DNA from: Chrysomallon squamiferum
Taxonomy: Eukaryota; Animalia; Mollusca
Assembly: GCA_012295275.1 (NCBI GenBank)
Contig: CM022670.1
Coordinates: forward strand, 16,182,001 to 16,246,000
Direction: 5' to 3'
Length of the DNA stretch: 64,000 bases
Under the pieces are notes generated by a model. The model was given only the letters and a program-made list of their open reading frames with translations, had not been told where the DNA came from and did not search any database. Below are positions 38,931 to 51,468 of this stretch, piece by piece (within the stretch, counting starts at the first letter, position 1; each line of letters opens with the position of its first letter). The translations under genes were made by a program, and so were the position numbers.

Positions 38931-40008
38931 CATGACTACAAACTATTATTGTCAATAAATACTTTCTAAACAGTATGGTCTATTTTTATAATAATCATAA
39001 TAATTTCACATTATCGTTGTTGATAATCCTGTTGTCTTTCTAAGGAAACAACAACAACAACAACCATTTAAAATAAATAAATGACATGTGCTAATAATAT
39101 AAATAAATGAATATAAACTTTACCAAAGTATAACAAAATATTCCAAGTCTCTGAGAATCAGACATTACAGATTTGTGAAAATCAATCTTTCATCTATTAA
39201 AATGTTTTTTTTTTTTTTCTTAAAAAGACCCAGTGTCGAATTGTCAGATAAATCCATGTACCTTTTCCTTAGTGAAAAAATTTGATTTTCTGTTTTCCTT
39301 CTTCTAACATAAACAAAGATCTTCTGTGAGCAGGCTTCATAAGTATCACATACATTAAATTGTTATTTAGATAAATTCTAATTCCACTTCCTCTTATTAT
39401 AAAGTAATTATGCAAAAGACTCTGGTGTAAAAGAAAATAATAATAATAAGAAGGAAAAATAGAAAAGAAGAAAAGAATAATATAATTCTTTCATGAAGTT
39501 TTCAGGTCTTGACAGGTATGACCATTTCAAGATTAAAAAAAATATATATATATCAAGATCAGTTCATGTCGAACTTACACCATGACACTTTGATATATGG
39601 ATAATAAAGGCAGAGCTCATAAATATCAATGTGGAGGCCAATGGTATTCCATTACTAAATATAGAACTAAAGGAGTGAATATGCATTATTATTCACATTA
39701 CAGAGAATGTACATGCTGTGTGCTTATTCAATTCAGTGATTAAATGGATGAAAGAAATATTTCTCTTCTTAATTTGTGCAAAATAAATATAAAAAATAAA
39801 AAATAAAATTAGATTTTACAATTTCTACAAAATAGGTGAGTAATTATGATTTGCTTGGGGACTAAACAGCTTAAAATAATTTTTTTTTTTTTTCATCGGA
39901 CAATAGAAATACCATGAATACAAAAGGTAACTGTACTTTATTAACAGACAAACAGACCCAGTGGCCAGGTATGAATGCAATGTAGATTTTAACTGATAAA
40001 ATTCTCAC

Positions 40009-42169
40009 CTGTGTCTGCACTGGTGGTTGAAATGAGTGAAACTGGTCTTTCTTGTTTCACATGACCAGCTCTCAAGTCTGAGTCCAGTCTGTGTTCTTCA
40101 AAGTCAATCTGCTGACTCGAGGACATGAACTCATCGGAGATTCCCGAGTCTATCATTGGCTTCTTCTTCACAAGCACACCTGCTCTCAGGGCGTCACTCA
40201 TACCTACAAGACCAGACTCGGTCATAGACTTGGAAATTCCTGAATCGGTCATGGATGTTGCATATTCTGTTTTTTCTGAGGTATCAACTGCGTAAGCAGA
40301 AACAGCAGAATCCACACCAAAAGCTGCAGGTTTCTGGCTCATTGAGCCATGAAGAAGAGTATCAAAACTACCCTCTTTCATTATAAAGGAGTCTGTAAGT
40401 TTACTGGAGTTAACAGATTCTGTTACTGATTTGTCTGAAATTCCTGAATCTGTCATACCTTTAGTTTTGTCTAAACCCTGCTCCAGATTCTGAACAAAAC
40501 TTTCAGTCATACCACCAAGAAGCTCTTCAATAAATTCTTCCTGCTGTAATTTTTCAATAAATTCCATTTCTTCCAGTGGCATAGGAATTTCTGTAATACC
40601 TTTATCAACAACATAAGTTTTCTCAGCTGCCTGTCCATCTTGGATGCTACAAGAATAAACATCACTTTCATAACCAACAGAATCTGGAACATAAAAAGTG
40701 TCATCAGCTATTTGATTTTGATCACTGTTGCATAAATCAATTTCACTTTCCATTTTGTAACAGCTTTCATTTTGCATTGCTGCACCTGGCAGTTTAGAAA
40801 ACAATTCTCTAATTCCTGGGTGTGGAAGTATTGGCACACGACTTCCACCAGAACCATGTCTTTGTCTGAAAGATTCACCAATTTCTGAAGTCAAGTTTAC
40901 TTTGTCTTGAACTAAAGGAGTCGATGTTGTCAGATCAACATTAGCAGGTGCATATTTACTTGTCTGTGTTAGAAGATAATCCTGAAGATTTTCATCAGTA
41001 TCTTGAAGCAAGTAAGTACTGTTCAAGGAAGATGCATCCACAACGTCAACATTAGAATTTTCATTTGCATAAGCAGCAAAACTTCTCTCTGTCTGATCAA
41101 TCAGCTGTATGCTACTTTCTGGAGAAGGTGATGCTGATGAAACCACATCAGGCAGATTGTTAGGTGAGAAACCATTTTCAGCATCAAATGTCAGATTTAA
41201 GTACTGACGTCTGTCAGCTTTTAGCTGGAGTTTGACTCCATCACTAAAACTGTCTTCTCCATTGGACTGATCACCACTAATTCTGTATGTGGTATTCAGG
41301 ATCTTACCATCAGCAGTTTGTGATGAGGGCTGTGCACTCACATCACTTTTTATAGTCCTGGTAGACTTAAGCAAACTGCTGCTTTCATTTTTACCAAAAA
41401 CAGGCAAGCGAGATAAACCTGGAATAGCAGAAGATTTTGTAGGTTTTCTCACAATTTCTGTTGCCTCGATATCAAGCTCTTCAGATTCAGGTCTGGTTTG
41501 CTGTTTAGTTTTTATATATGAAATGCCAGATGAGATTTTTGTGACTTGAGATATGTGTTCAGGACTAGAGAGCTCATTAGTCTGTGAGCTGGTAAGTTTT
41601 CTGGGTGTCTGTTTTTGCTCATTTTTACTTGAGACAGATGGCAAGCGACTAGCAATACCTGACTTAGATGAAAGTTGCGGCAAGCATCGTTTAGCAGGAA
41701 CCGAACTTTCTTCAATGTCTGTCTTCTTCACGAAACTCGGCACGAAAGTGGCTTCATCTGACCTGAGAAGAGGGACTGGCTGGTGAACTGGAGAAACTTG
41801 AATTTCCTGTTCTTTGTCTTCGTGTATGTATTCTACAGCATCTACTTTTTCAACAGGTGCAAAGATGCCATGATGAGGTGGGCATGTGAAGTACCGCCTG
41901 CCATCCACCTCACCATCATGTTTCCCATCAGGCTCATCAAGTTCAATGCCACACCAAATGCCGCTGGCTAGTGGAATTTCTCCATAGTATTTCAAAATTC
42001 CAAACTTGACCCCACTGATTACCACTCTCTCTCCAATTCCCAGCTTCTTGATTGGCACACCGGCTGCTGAAGGGACACATGTACTTGGTTTTGGTGTGCC
42101 TGCTTTCTGGAAGGCTGGAAGAAGAGACCTCCTTTTTGACTTGGGGAGCTTGCTTTCACCTTCAGATGC
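40009..42169 (-). CDS. Gene 1 exon 2: CAP-Gly domain (~41845-42043) plus Ser-rich linker
   Basis: 732-aa ORF trimmed to ttgcag|GCA TCT and ACA G|gtgaga; 2161 nt. CAP-Gly consensus IGERV...G.LKYYG......GIWCGIELDEPDGKHDGEVDGRRYFTC...HGIFAP. Confidence 0.95.
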
Positions 42170-42649
42170 CTGCAAGTTAATGTACATTTACGTATGATGA
42201 ATTCAAAACCCAATACATTTTGGTGACATATGTCATTAAAATTATTAGAATTTTCTCAAAATTAACAGCATTTATCAGAAGTGGGTAATAATAAGTTATT
42301 GTCTGGTGCTAGCGTTAATCTGCTCTTCTTGTGATATTTGAAAATATTTTTATCAATTAAATATTTGTATCATTTTTCTACATTTTATTCTAATATATTT
42401 AACTTGTGCAGTAAATATTTATAATTATTAGCTTTAGAATTTAAATGGATGAAAACAAATTTAGACTATCATATTTAAACAAATAAATACATTTTATGAA
42501 TTATAATTGTCAAAATGTATTTTTAAAAAATCAAACTAAAACCATAAAACAGATCATTTAACACAAAAGTGAAAGTCTTTGGTTAACAAATCTTGAAGTA
42601 AAGACTGTAATACACAAATTTTCACCAAGATGTACAATATTCATTTAGG

Positions 42650-42930
42650 AAATAATGTCATTTTAGTTCAGTTAATGAACAAAAATAAATGTTAATGCCT
42701 AAAATTATCTTAGTTGAAATATTTAACTAAAATTAATGTTAATAATTAAAATTATCTTAGCTGAATTATATAACGAATATTAATGAATGTAAATGGTAAA
42801 CTTATTTTAGTTTAATTAATAAACAAAATTTAATGTGAATGATTAAAATTATCTTAGCTGAATTATATTAATGTAAATTAATTAATGTAAATGATAAAAT
42901 TATTTTAGTCTAATTAATCGACCAGAATTA
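42650..42930. repeat. AT-rich ~45-50 bp degenerate tandem repeat
   Basis: aaaattat(c/t)ttag(c/t)t.aatta...aattaatgt recurs about 6 times. Confidence 0.75.
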
Positions 42931-44971
42931 ATTCCAGTAAATAAGACTTGAGTGTAAAGAACACTGGTTACAATGTGATCAGTTTGATGATATTTACATA
43001 ATGTACCATTCTCATTCCAGTCTATTCATCTACGAATATTTTCCATAGCTTTATTCTTCCCATATCACAGCACTTTTCATCAGTATTGATGTGAACACTG
43101 AGTATTGATCTCTACATAATAACATCATTCTAAGCTTCCATGGAGAATACACTGAATAACATGTCTGGCTATGAATAATAAAAAACAACGTTTTACTCTT
43201 CGATTTTTCCTCTGTTCTGTAGATGTGTATTTTGTTTTAGTATCATTATAAGCTATTATGGAGTACATTATCATTAAGAATGATAAATAAATGATTATGA
43301 GAGAAGTAGAAATTTTATAACCAACTGAAAAATAAAACAAAAAAAACAATTGAAATTACATATTAATACATGTAACAGGTTATTATTATTTAGATAGAAT
43401 CAATAATTTTATGGCAGCAAAGATGAAACCAGAAATAAAAATTACAAAATTGTGAGAAGGTTACACCATAATATCTGTAAGAATGTTATATTAAAACAGG
43501 TTGTCCTGACACTGCTGCTAAAAGAAGATTAGAAAATTTTACAATTTTCTTACCATGTTAAAAATCCTAACAGTTTATACACCACGAGTGACCATCAACA
43601 CATTTCCAACAAGAGCTAGAAAAATGCATTAGGTTCCATCACATCCACCACTTGAGTTAAAATAAATTATTAAGATCAAGTTGAGCTGAGGTCACATGAT
43701 GCAGTCAACTAGATATTGATTCAGTCATGCCAGCAGTTAGTTCTGAATGATTTCATTCTCTGAACCTCCGAAAGATACAACTCCACTTTCACTGTGCTAA
43801 AAACCCATAAATATGATTGGCTAGGAGTGCTAACCTAATGAGTGATAACAATACTCCTGGCAGGAGGACAACTGCGGGGAAGATCAATAAAAAAATAACT
43901 TATCATATGTAATCAGCAGGCAAACAACTAGCCATGGTGTAATAGCTCAAAAACGAGCTGTCGTCTCAAGAGATTAATTTCTTTACTTCATAGCTTACTT
44001 ATCAACCCTGCTATGTCCAAGTGATAATAAAAAACAAACAAAAAAAACCAGAGAGAATAAAAACAGTTAATAACGTCACGTCAGTGCTATTGATTAATAA
44101 ATGAATAAAATGGTTCCCATAGCTGGCTGACTCATTTCTGCTATCAATTATTGATTCAGCATGAAAAACAAGCCTAATATAAACGAGCCTGATACAACAG
44201 CTGATATGCTTTAATATTATGCAGAATATACAGAGACAAACTGTGACAGCCATACAAAAAACTTGACTGTATTTACTTTTAAAAACAAAATTCTGTGATG
44301 GTAATTACAATGAAATAATAAGTGTTTGTCATAACAAACGGAGATGAATCTGAAAAGAGAAAGGTGGGTGAACAAAGGTAGGTGTTAATACCAAGTAGAA
44401 ATGTGTTTTAAACAGTATTAACTTGTTCTTTGAGACAGGTACAGTACAGCAACAAGCTTGTAATCAGACACCTCACAATTGTTGTTTTGTTACCTGGAGG
44501 GGGGGTTTTGCTGTTGTTGTTTTGAAAGAATATCTTTTCATTTTATATATTCAAGTTATTAGCATTGTAAAAGAGATTGCTATCTGCAGAAATGTTATTT
44601 GAGCAAAGGGTCGGGGTTAGAGTTCCAGTGTGTTACTAAATAAACTGAAAATAGTCATGAATGTAATAGTACACTGTAGTTATGTTTCATACACTGGAAT
44701 ACAAAACATCCTTTGAAATGAACATCATTCAACATGTTGTTTAGATGTCAGATTCAACATAATAAAATAAAGATGTCAAACTTTCATTCATTTCAACTTT
44801 TTTGTGTGTATGTCAGACAAATTAAAAATAAAATTGTATGAAATATTTTTTTTGAATTTGTAATCACATTTATACTTCCATTTAATGCAGCTGACTCCTG
44901 TTCACTGAAGAAAACAGACACACACACTGACACATGCAAGCACACACACATGAAAAAATATAAACCCATAT

Positions 44972-45007
<36 letters not shown>

Positions 45008-45109
45008 TATAAATACATACATATATACACATATAAACAGGCCTTGACCATAAATATTTACAGTAGTATATATACAGATATATGTATTTATGTGTATATT
45101 ATTATTTTT

Positions 45110-45155
45110 TTTCTGGTCATGAATATATATATATATATATATTCATGACCAGAAA
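45110..45155. repeat. Perfect 46-bp palindrome centred on (TA)9
   Basis: tttctggtcatgaa-(ta)9-ttcatgaccagaaa; the arms are exact reverse complements. Confidence 0.95.
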
Positions 45156-45757
45156 TAAAAATTATGATAAACAGCAAACACAAATACCACAGATATGTAG
45201 ATACATATATATATATTTATATGCACTACATTGTTTAAAAGATAAATAAAATTTAAAAAAATGGTTTCAAATTTAAATGGTATTTGACCTCAGAACCCCA
45301 AGTCAAACACTGTGAAGTTTAAACTGCTTAGAAAACATTGTTGAAAAGTTTACCTACAACCTACTCTGCTTTAACTTGTTTGCTCTACAAACGTCTCAGC
45401 CACCAACACAATTAAAAGACAACTTTTTACCAACAAGGTGTTACAGTTATTTACTTACAGAGCAAATAAAAAAATTAAAAAAAGGGGGAAAAAAACTGGG
45501 AACTTTTAAAACATTTTTTAAACTTCCTTTTTATTCAATATTTGGATTAGTAGGGTTTTTTAAACAGAGAATCTGAATTGAAAAACTGAAGATGATAATA
45601 TGTCAGTATGTTGAAATTCTACAGAATACAGACTTTTTATTAATATCATTTTATGCAGTTATCAGTATATATGTATTTAATTAGGAATTTAATAGATATA
45701 AGAGAAGAAGAAAAAAATGAAAATTTATTATTATTATTTTTTTTAAATTATAGTACA

Positions 45758-46342
45758 TTAATTTTTATAAGTATCTGTATTTATTAAAATACAATATGCA
45801 AATAACTATAAAATGACATTGAACCAAACTCCATATTAATTATTATCAAATGTTAATTTTTATAAGCATCTGTATTTTTTAAATACATATATTTGCAAAT
45901 AACTATAAAATCATATTGGATGAATAAACTAAACTTTAATTATTTTAAAATATTTATTTTTTATAAGCAACTTTATTTAATAAAATACAGTATTTGTAAA
46001 TAACTATAAAATCATATTAAATCAATGAACTCCATTTTAATTATTATTAATATTAATTTTTATAAGTACCTGTATTTATTAAAAAAAACAATATGCAAGT
46101 AACTATGAAATTATACTGAATCAATCAGTAATTTCCAAATTAATTATTATAAATTATTAATTTTTATAAGCAGCAGTATTTATTAAAAAAAAACAATATT
46201 TGCAAATAACTATACTGAATCAATAAACTCCATTTTAATTATTATAAAATATTATTTTTTATAGTCAGCTCAATTTATTAAAACACAATATACAAGTAAC
46301 TCTAAAATCATACTTCTTCAGTAAACCCCACTTTAATTATGA
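45758..46342. repeat. Minisatellite, ~95-100 bp unit, ~6 copies
   Basis: taatttttataag.a.ctgtatttattaaaa..caatatgcaa.taactataaaat recurs at ~45760, 45854, 45955, 46054, 46158 and 46251. Confidence 0.9.
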
Positions 46343-49300
46343 TAACGTTTGCAGGTGAAACTTGAAGAATTCAAGATGGTGGGTCATATAATTAGAAAAA
46401 AATAATAAAACTGATATTAGACCAAAATATCACAGGTGGTAGCCATTGGTTTCACCTCTAAATGTTACTTTTACAATAAACCTGGCATTTGTCTCTATGG
46501 ATGTTAGAACTAATTTTGGCAATCCTCCTGAACACATGGCTATCGGGAATAAACACTTGCCAAAAAGAAGACAGAAGTGGAGAAAGTAAAAGCTAGAAAT
46601 AGTAATGAAAATGCTGGATGATAGTTATTTTAGATGGTGCAATCCCTTAAAAACTAACAAACCATTCACCTAAGAAAATAAAACTGAATTGCCTGTAATA
46701 CCAACCTGTAGTCATTGTGTGATACAGAATTGAATTTATTTTAGAAGGTTAATTGCAAGGTAATACCAAACTACAGTCATTGAGTGATATAGAGAGGAAT
46801 TTATTTCACAAAGGTTCAATCCATTAAAAACTAACAAACTTTTCACCCAAGAAGATAATAATAAATTGCAGGTAATGTCAAACAACAGTCGCTGCATGAT
46901 AAAGAGACAAAGTATGTGGATATACCAACAACACAAAGTCTTATAACAAGCCTGTACTTGAAATGAAAACAAGTGATATGCTACAACTGCTGCCAGTCAG
47001 TGTGACATTTTTCTCTCAGTAATTTCTCACAGATATACTCATTAGCCAGTGTATCCAACCGAGAAACAAAACTACCTTTCACCAAGACACAAACAACTTG
47101 ATTTTAAAAACATGTATTCGTTAGTCACCCTTTTGTTTGTTTACCTTTTTCTCTCAAAATTATACCTTTCTACCCACTGTTAATAATACATTTCAAAATT
47201 ATTCTTTGTTAATATGCTCTCTGCATCATTCGTCACACTAAATATTTTATTTCACAATTATACCTTTCCACAGTCTGACAACAATGCGATGTAAAAAATA
47301 TTATTTGGTGTAAATGCTTTCTGCATCATTTATTACGTTAAATACTTTATTTTCAGTGGAGTATAAATGAGTTACAGACTAATTTAGGCAAGTTAAACAG
47401 ATTCACTCAATTAACATTGATTTTGTTGTAAAACGAGTAACTGCAAACACACGACTCTGAGAATTAGCTGAAATGTGTTGTGCAGTAAGGTTGCAAGCTG
47501 ATCTCCCATGGGGGTAACACTCCAATGATAACACAAGAAATAGAATCAGCTTGATAACTGTTGTCTCAACACATCATGCATTCTTTGTTGGTACAGTAAT
47601 ATATATCTTACAGGTCATTTCAGTTGAGATTATAATAATTTTACCTTGTACTGTAATTAAATAATATATTTAACACATACATGCACACACACACACACCT
47701 CATTAATATATATATATATACACACACACACATACACACACACAGTAGATACATATATACATACACACCTTCCTTACGTACATAACTACATTACAAAAAA
47801 AAAACACATAAACAGTCAGACAGAACCAATATATCACCATAGTGAACTGAACAAACAACCCTATAAACAAGCATTTATATCTCCAAATAAACAAACACTG
47901 ACTGATTTATTATTGGATTCTGTGTGTCCATGTATGCTTACAAGTGTCTGTTTATGTATGTTTGTGTGTATATTATACATGCATGTGCATTTCTCTGTGT
48001 GTTCCTGTGTGTATGTGTGTTTGTATATGTATACATGTAAATGTGTCTGTGCATGCATGTTTGTTTGTGTCTGTACTGGAAATAAAACATCAAAATCACT
48101 TAAACTGTTTGAGAAGAAGAGTCTTTAGATCCTTGTATTACTCACCGATCAGAAAAATAAAAGTTTTACCAGCTTTCAAACAAAAATGTAAACAATATTA
48201 TTTCTTCAGTGCAGTCACACTGTTATATATGTAAAAAGAAAAAATAATAATTACATAAACAAACAAAAAACCTACTTACAAATACAAGGTTCCAACTTGA
48301 ACAGTATCCAAAGGTAAAATTAGAACATTCTGGCAAACAAAATATCAAAAAAAGCAGCAGTCAGGAAATAGTTCCATGCTTCATATAGACTCATTCATCA
48401 AAACAAACTTGGAAATTACTTGACAGGTTGTCTTCATTTAGAGAGCAGGCCACAGCTACCTTCACCTAAACCTAAAGGTGGAGTCGAGGTATTTAATCTA
48501 GAAAAAAAAAAAACCCACACCATTTGTTCTCCAGCAAGACATTACATATCACTTTTTATTGCACACTGCAAGTGCCAGAGTGGTAGAAATGAGATAACAC
48601 ACTTCACTTAACGACTGGCAGGTATAAAAAAAAAAAGATCACTTTCTGCATGTAGTCAGTTTTCTGCTGCAGGAATTGACCACCTTACGCCCATTATTTC
48701 TTCCATCAGTGAAACCAGATGTGATAATTACTTGGATTTAGACTCTCTGTTAATAGACACACTGCTTTCACAAAGCTTGCAGTTAAATTGCCAAGATCTG
48801 CTTTGAGGCTATTTCTTTAGAAATATGATCACATTAAGAAAGCATTCCAACGATTTAGAGAATTAAACTGAATATTGAAAACAGAAGACACCAACTGTAC
48901 TCTGCTTTAAGTCAAAGACATGTACACACACACTTATCAGCTTCTCAGAAATACATACATGTAACAAACAGTATGCACAATTCTATAAGTCTTAATGAGA
49001 TAAATTATAGGTGCAAACAAAATGAGGAATATAAAATAATTTTTTAATTTTATTATTAAGATCAGATTACTGTTATCCAAATATATCATTAAACAATAAA
49101 GTAAATTTTTTTTTTTTTTTTTGGAAAACATTCAGAAAGATATGTATGTTTGTTTTATTGAGAAAGTTTACATATTTTATCAGCGCACTCAGAGGATACC
49201 TGATAACAGCCAATGAGATCATAGCTGTACCTGATTTTTCTATTCATGTTTAGTGAGCTTTTCAACCCTGTATTTATTCACATATATTTTAAAATTTAAT

Positions 49301-50409
49301 AAACATCATTTTAGAATAAACCATTTTATTTTTAATTTTTTAATTTTGTTTTTTTTTTTTTTTTATTTATTTTTTTTTTTAAATTATTATATATTTTAGA
49401 TTTAAAAATAAAAGCAAAGTGAAAAACTTATATAGCTAAATGCTTGCAGTAAGAAGGAATGCACTAAAATATATTTAAAGTTAATAAAAAAAAAAAAAAA
49501 TGCATCTAATAGAAATACAAGCTAATAGCAATACATTTTTTTATTGTTAAATCCTACCCTAGCCCATGTAAAAAAGTCTGTTGTTACTTGGAACTAAGTA
49601 TGTTAATAAAAAAAAACACAGGTAAAATGAATGAATGTTTGTGACAATTTAAATTATAATCAATGATTATAATACAATTATTGACTGCCTGGTTTTAATG
49701 TGCATCTTTTCATATTTAATGACTTTACATGAGTACAGTGAAATACAAGTATTTTTTATACATTTTCTTGTATAATTACTTTAATTTAACTTGTACAGGT
49801 TGGAATAGGAAAACAGTGTAATAAAGGTGCTGAGTAGAAGTGATCCTGTGATCTGTCATACATTATATCTAATCACAGTTAAAACACTTATACTGTTTAT
49901 TTGTTACGCATGATATAAAAAGAAGTGGAAAAAAAAGAAGCCTATTTTAACAAAGTGATCTTTAGAATCGTTTCAGTTCGTCATAATAACCTAGTGATAA
50001 GACAAGAGTCAAGGCTGTGAAAATCATTATGTCTGTCTGTCTGTCAGATAGACAGATCATTCATCTTTGACACCAGCTAACCTCTTAGATAAGGAATATT
50101 TTTTTTATATACACCAGAGGCCACCATTAACATCAATCACTACAGTTCATACATACTTTTCTCAACTAGACTGTTTTATTGCCGATCATTATTTACCTTT
50201 ATAACAGATACTAAAATGTGTTACTTTATTAAAATATATATTTTTAACAAAAACATATTTGCTTGTATTTAAAAAAAAAAAATATATATATATATATATT
50301 TTTTTTAAATTACATGTATAATAAATTATAGATAAATGACATTAAAACATAATTAATCATTCAGAAGTGCTGTGTAATAAATTAAACAACAATAAAGAAA
50401 AATGAAAAC

Positions 50410-50605
50410 ATATATATATATATATATATATACAATTACACACATAAAATAAAATAAAATAAAATAAAATAAAATAAAAGTAAAAGTAAAAGTAAAAATA
50501 AAATAAAATAAAATAAAATAAAATAAAATAAAATAAAATAAAATTAAAATTAAAATAAAATAAATTAAAATAAAATAAATTAAAATAAATTAAAATAACA
50601 TAAAA
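50410..50605. repeat. (TA)n plus (TAAAA)n microsatellite
   Basis: Directly visible. Confidence 0.95.
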
Positions 50606-51221
50606 TGATACAAAATAAATAATATCTGACTGAATGGAGTATACAAAGCACCAGAAAACATTAAAAAAGTTTTAACTTACACACACCTAAACACACAGAC
50701 ACATTTACTTACAGACACATACATACCTACACACACAGACAGACACACAAACAATTAATTCAAACACAGACTTGTATATTTGATGTTCCAAAATAAACTA
50801 TGTGCAGCACATTGTTTACAACATCCGATGTTCTTGTAAGAAAAAGCAGCCATGCTGCATGTGTATGTAACATGTATGATACACAAGTTTAGAATCAAAG
50901 CAAATGTCAGTCAAGGTTATGCTGTGAGTTAATGTGGAAAATACAACTGTTATTCCATGTTACTTCATATCATTGTACATACAACTGGATCCAATGACAT
51001 GAATTTTAACAGATTAGGAAAACTTAGTATTTAGTTTATATTGTTTAATACAACACAAAATATCAGAGTTTAACATGTTAGTAAATAAAATTATAATATC
51101 TAGCAAATGCCAGAAAATGGGGTTAGGAAATGTTTAATTAAGATAAACTGCTGATCTTTTTAGTATTACATGTTATCTGATATATGAATTATACTGAGTG
51201 GATGTCTTATTTAAGAAATTA

Positions 51222-51468
51222 TGCAGGTACATGAAAAATGAAACAGTACAGACAAATGTTGAAATAGCTATGACCGAGTTAACAAAAAATAAAGCACTTT
51301 ACCTTCATTAATGATGGTGTTATTCTGAATGAATGTCTCACTTCTGAAAGCATGCAGGTACAAAAAAAAAAAAAAAAATAAAAAAAATCAAGCAGTTCAG
51401 AAAAATGTTGAAACAGTGAGCTGTGACTGAGTTAATAAAACTAAATAACTTTACCTTCATTAACGATG
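51222..51468. repeat. Two-copy tandem duplication (~130-150 bp spacing)
   Basis: tgcaggtaca...aaatgttgaaa...tgac.gagttaa...ctttaccttcattaa.gatg occurs at ~51222-51316 and ~51354-51468. Confidence 0.8.
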
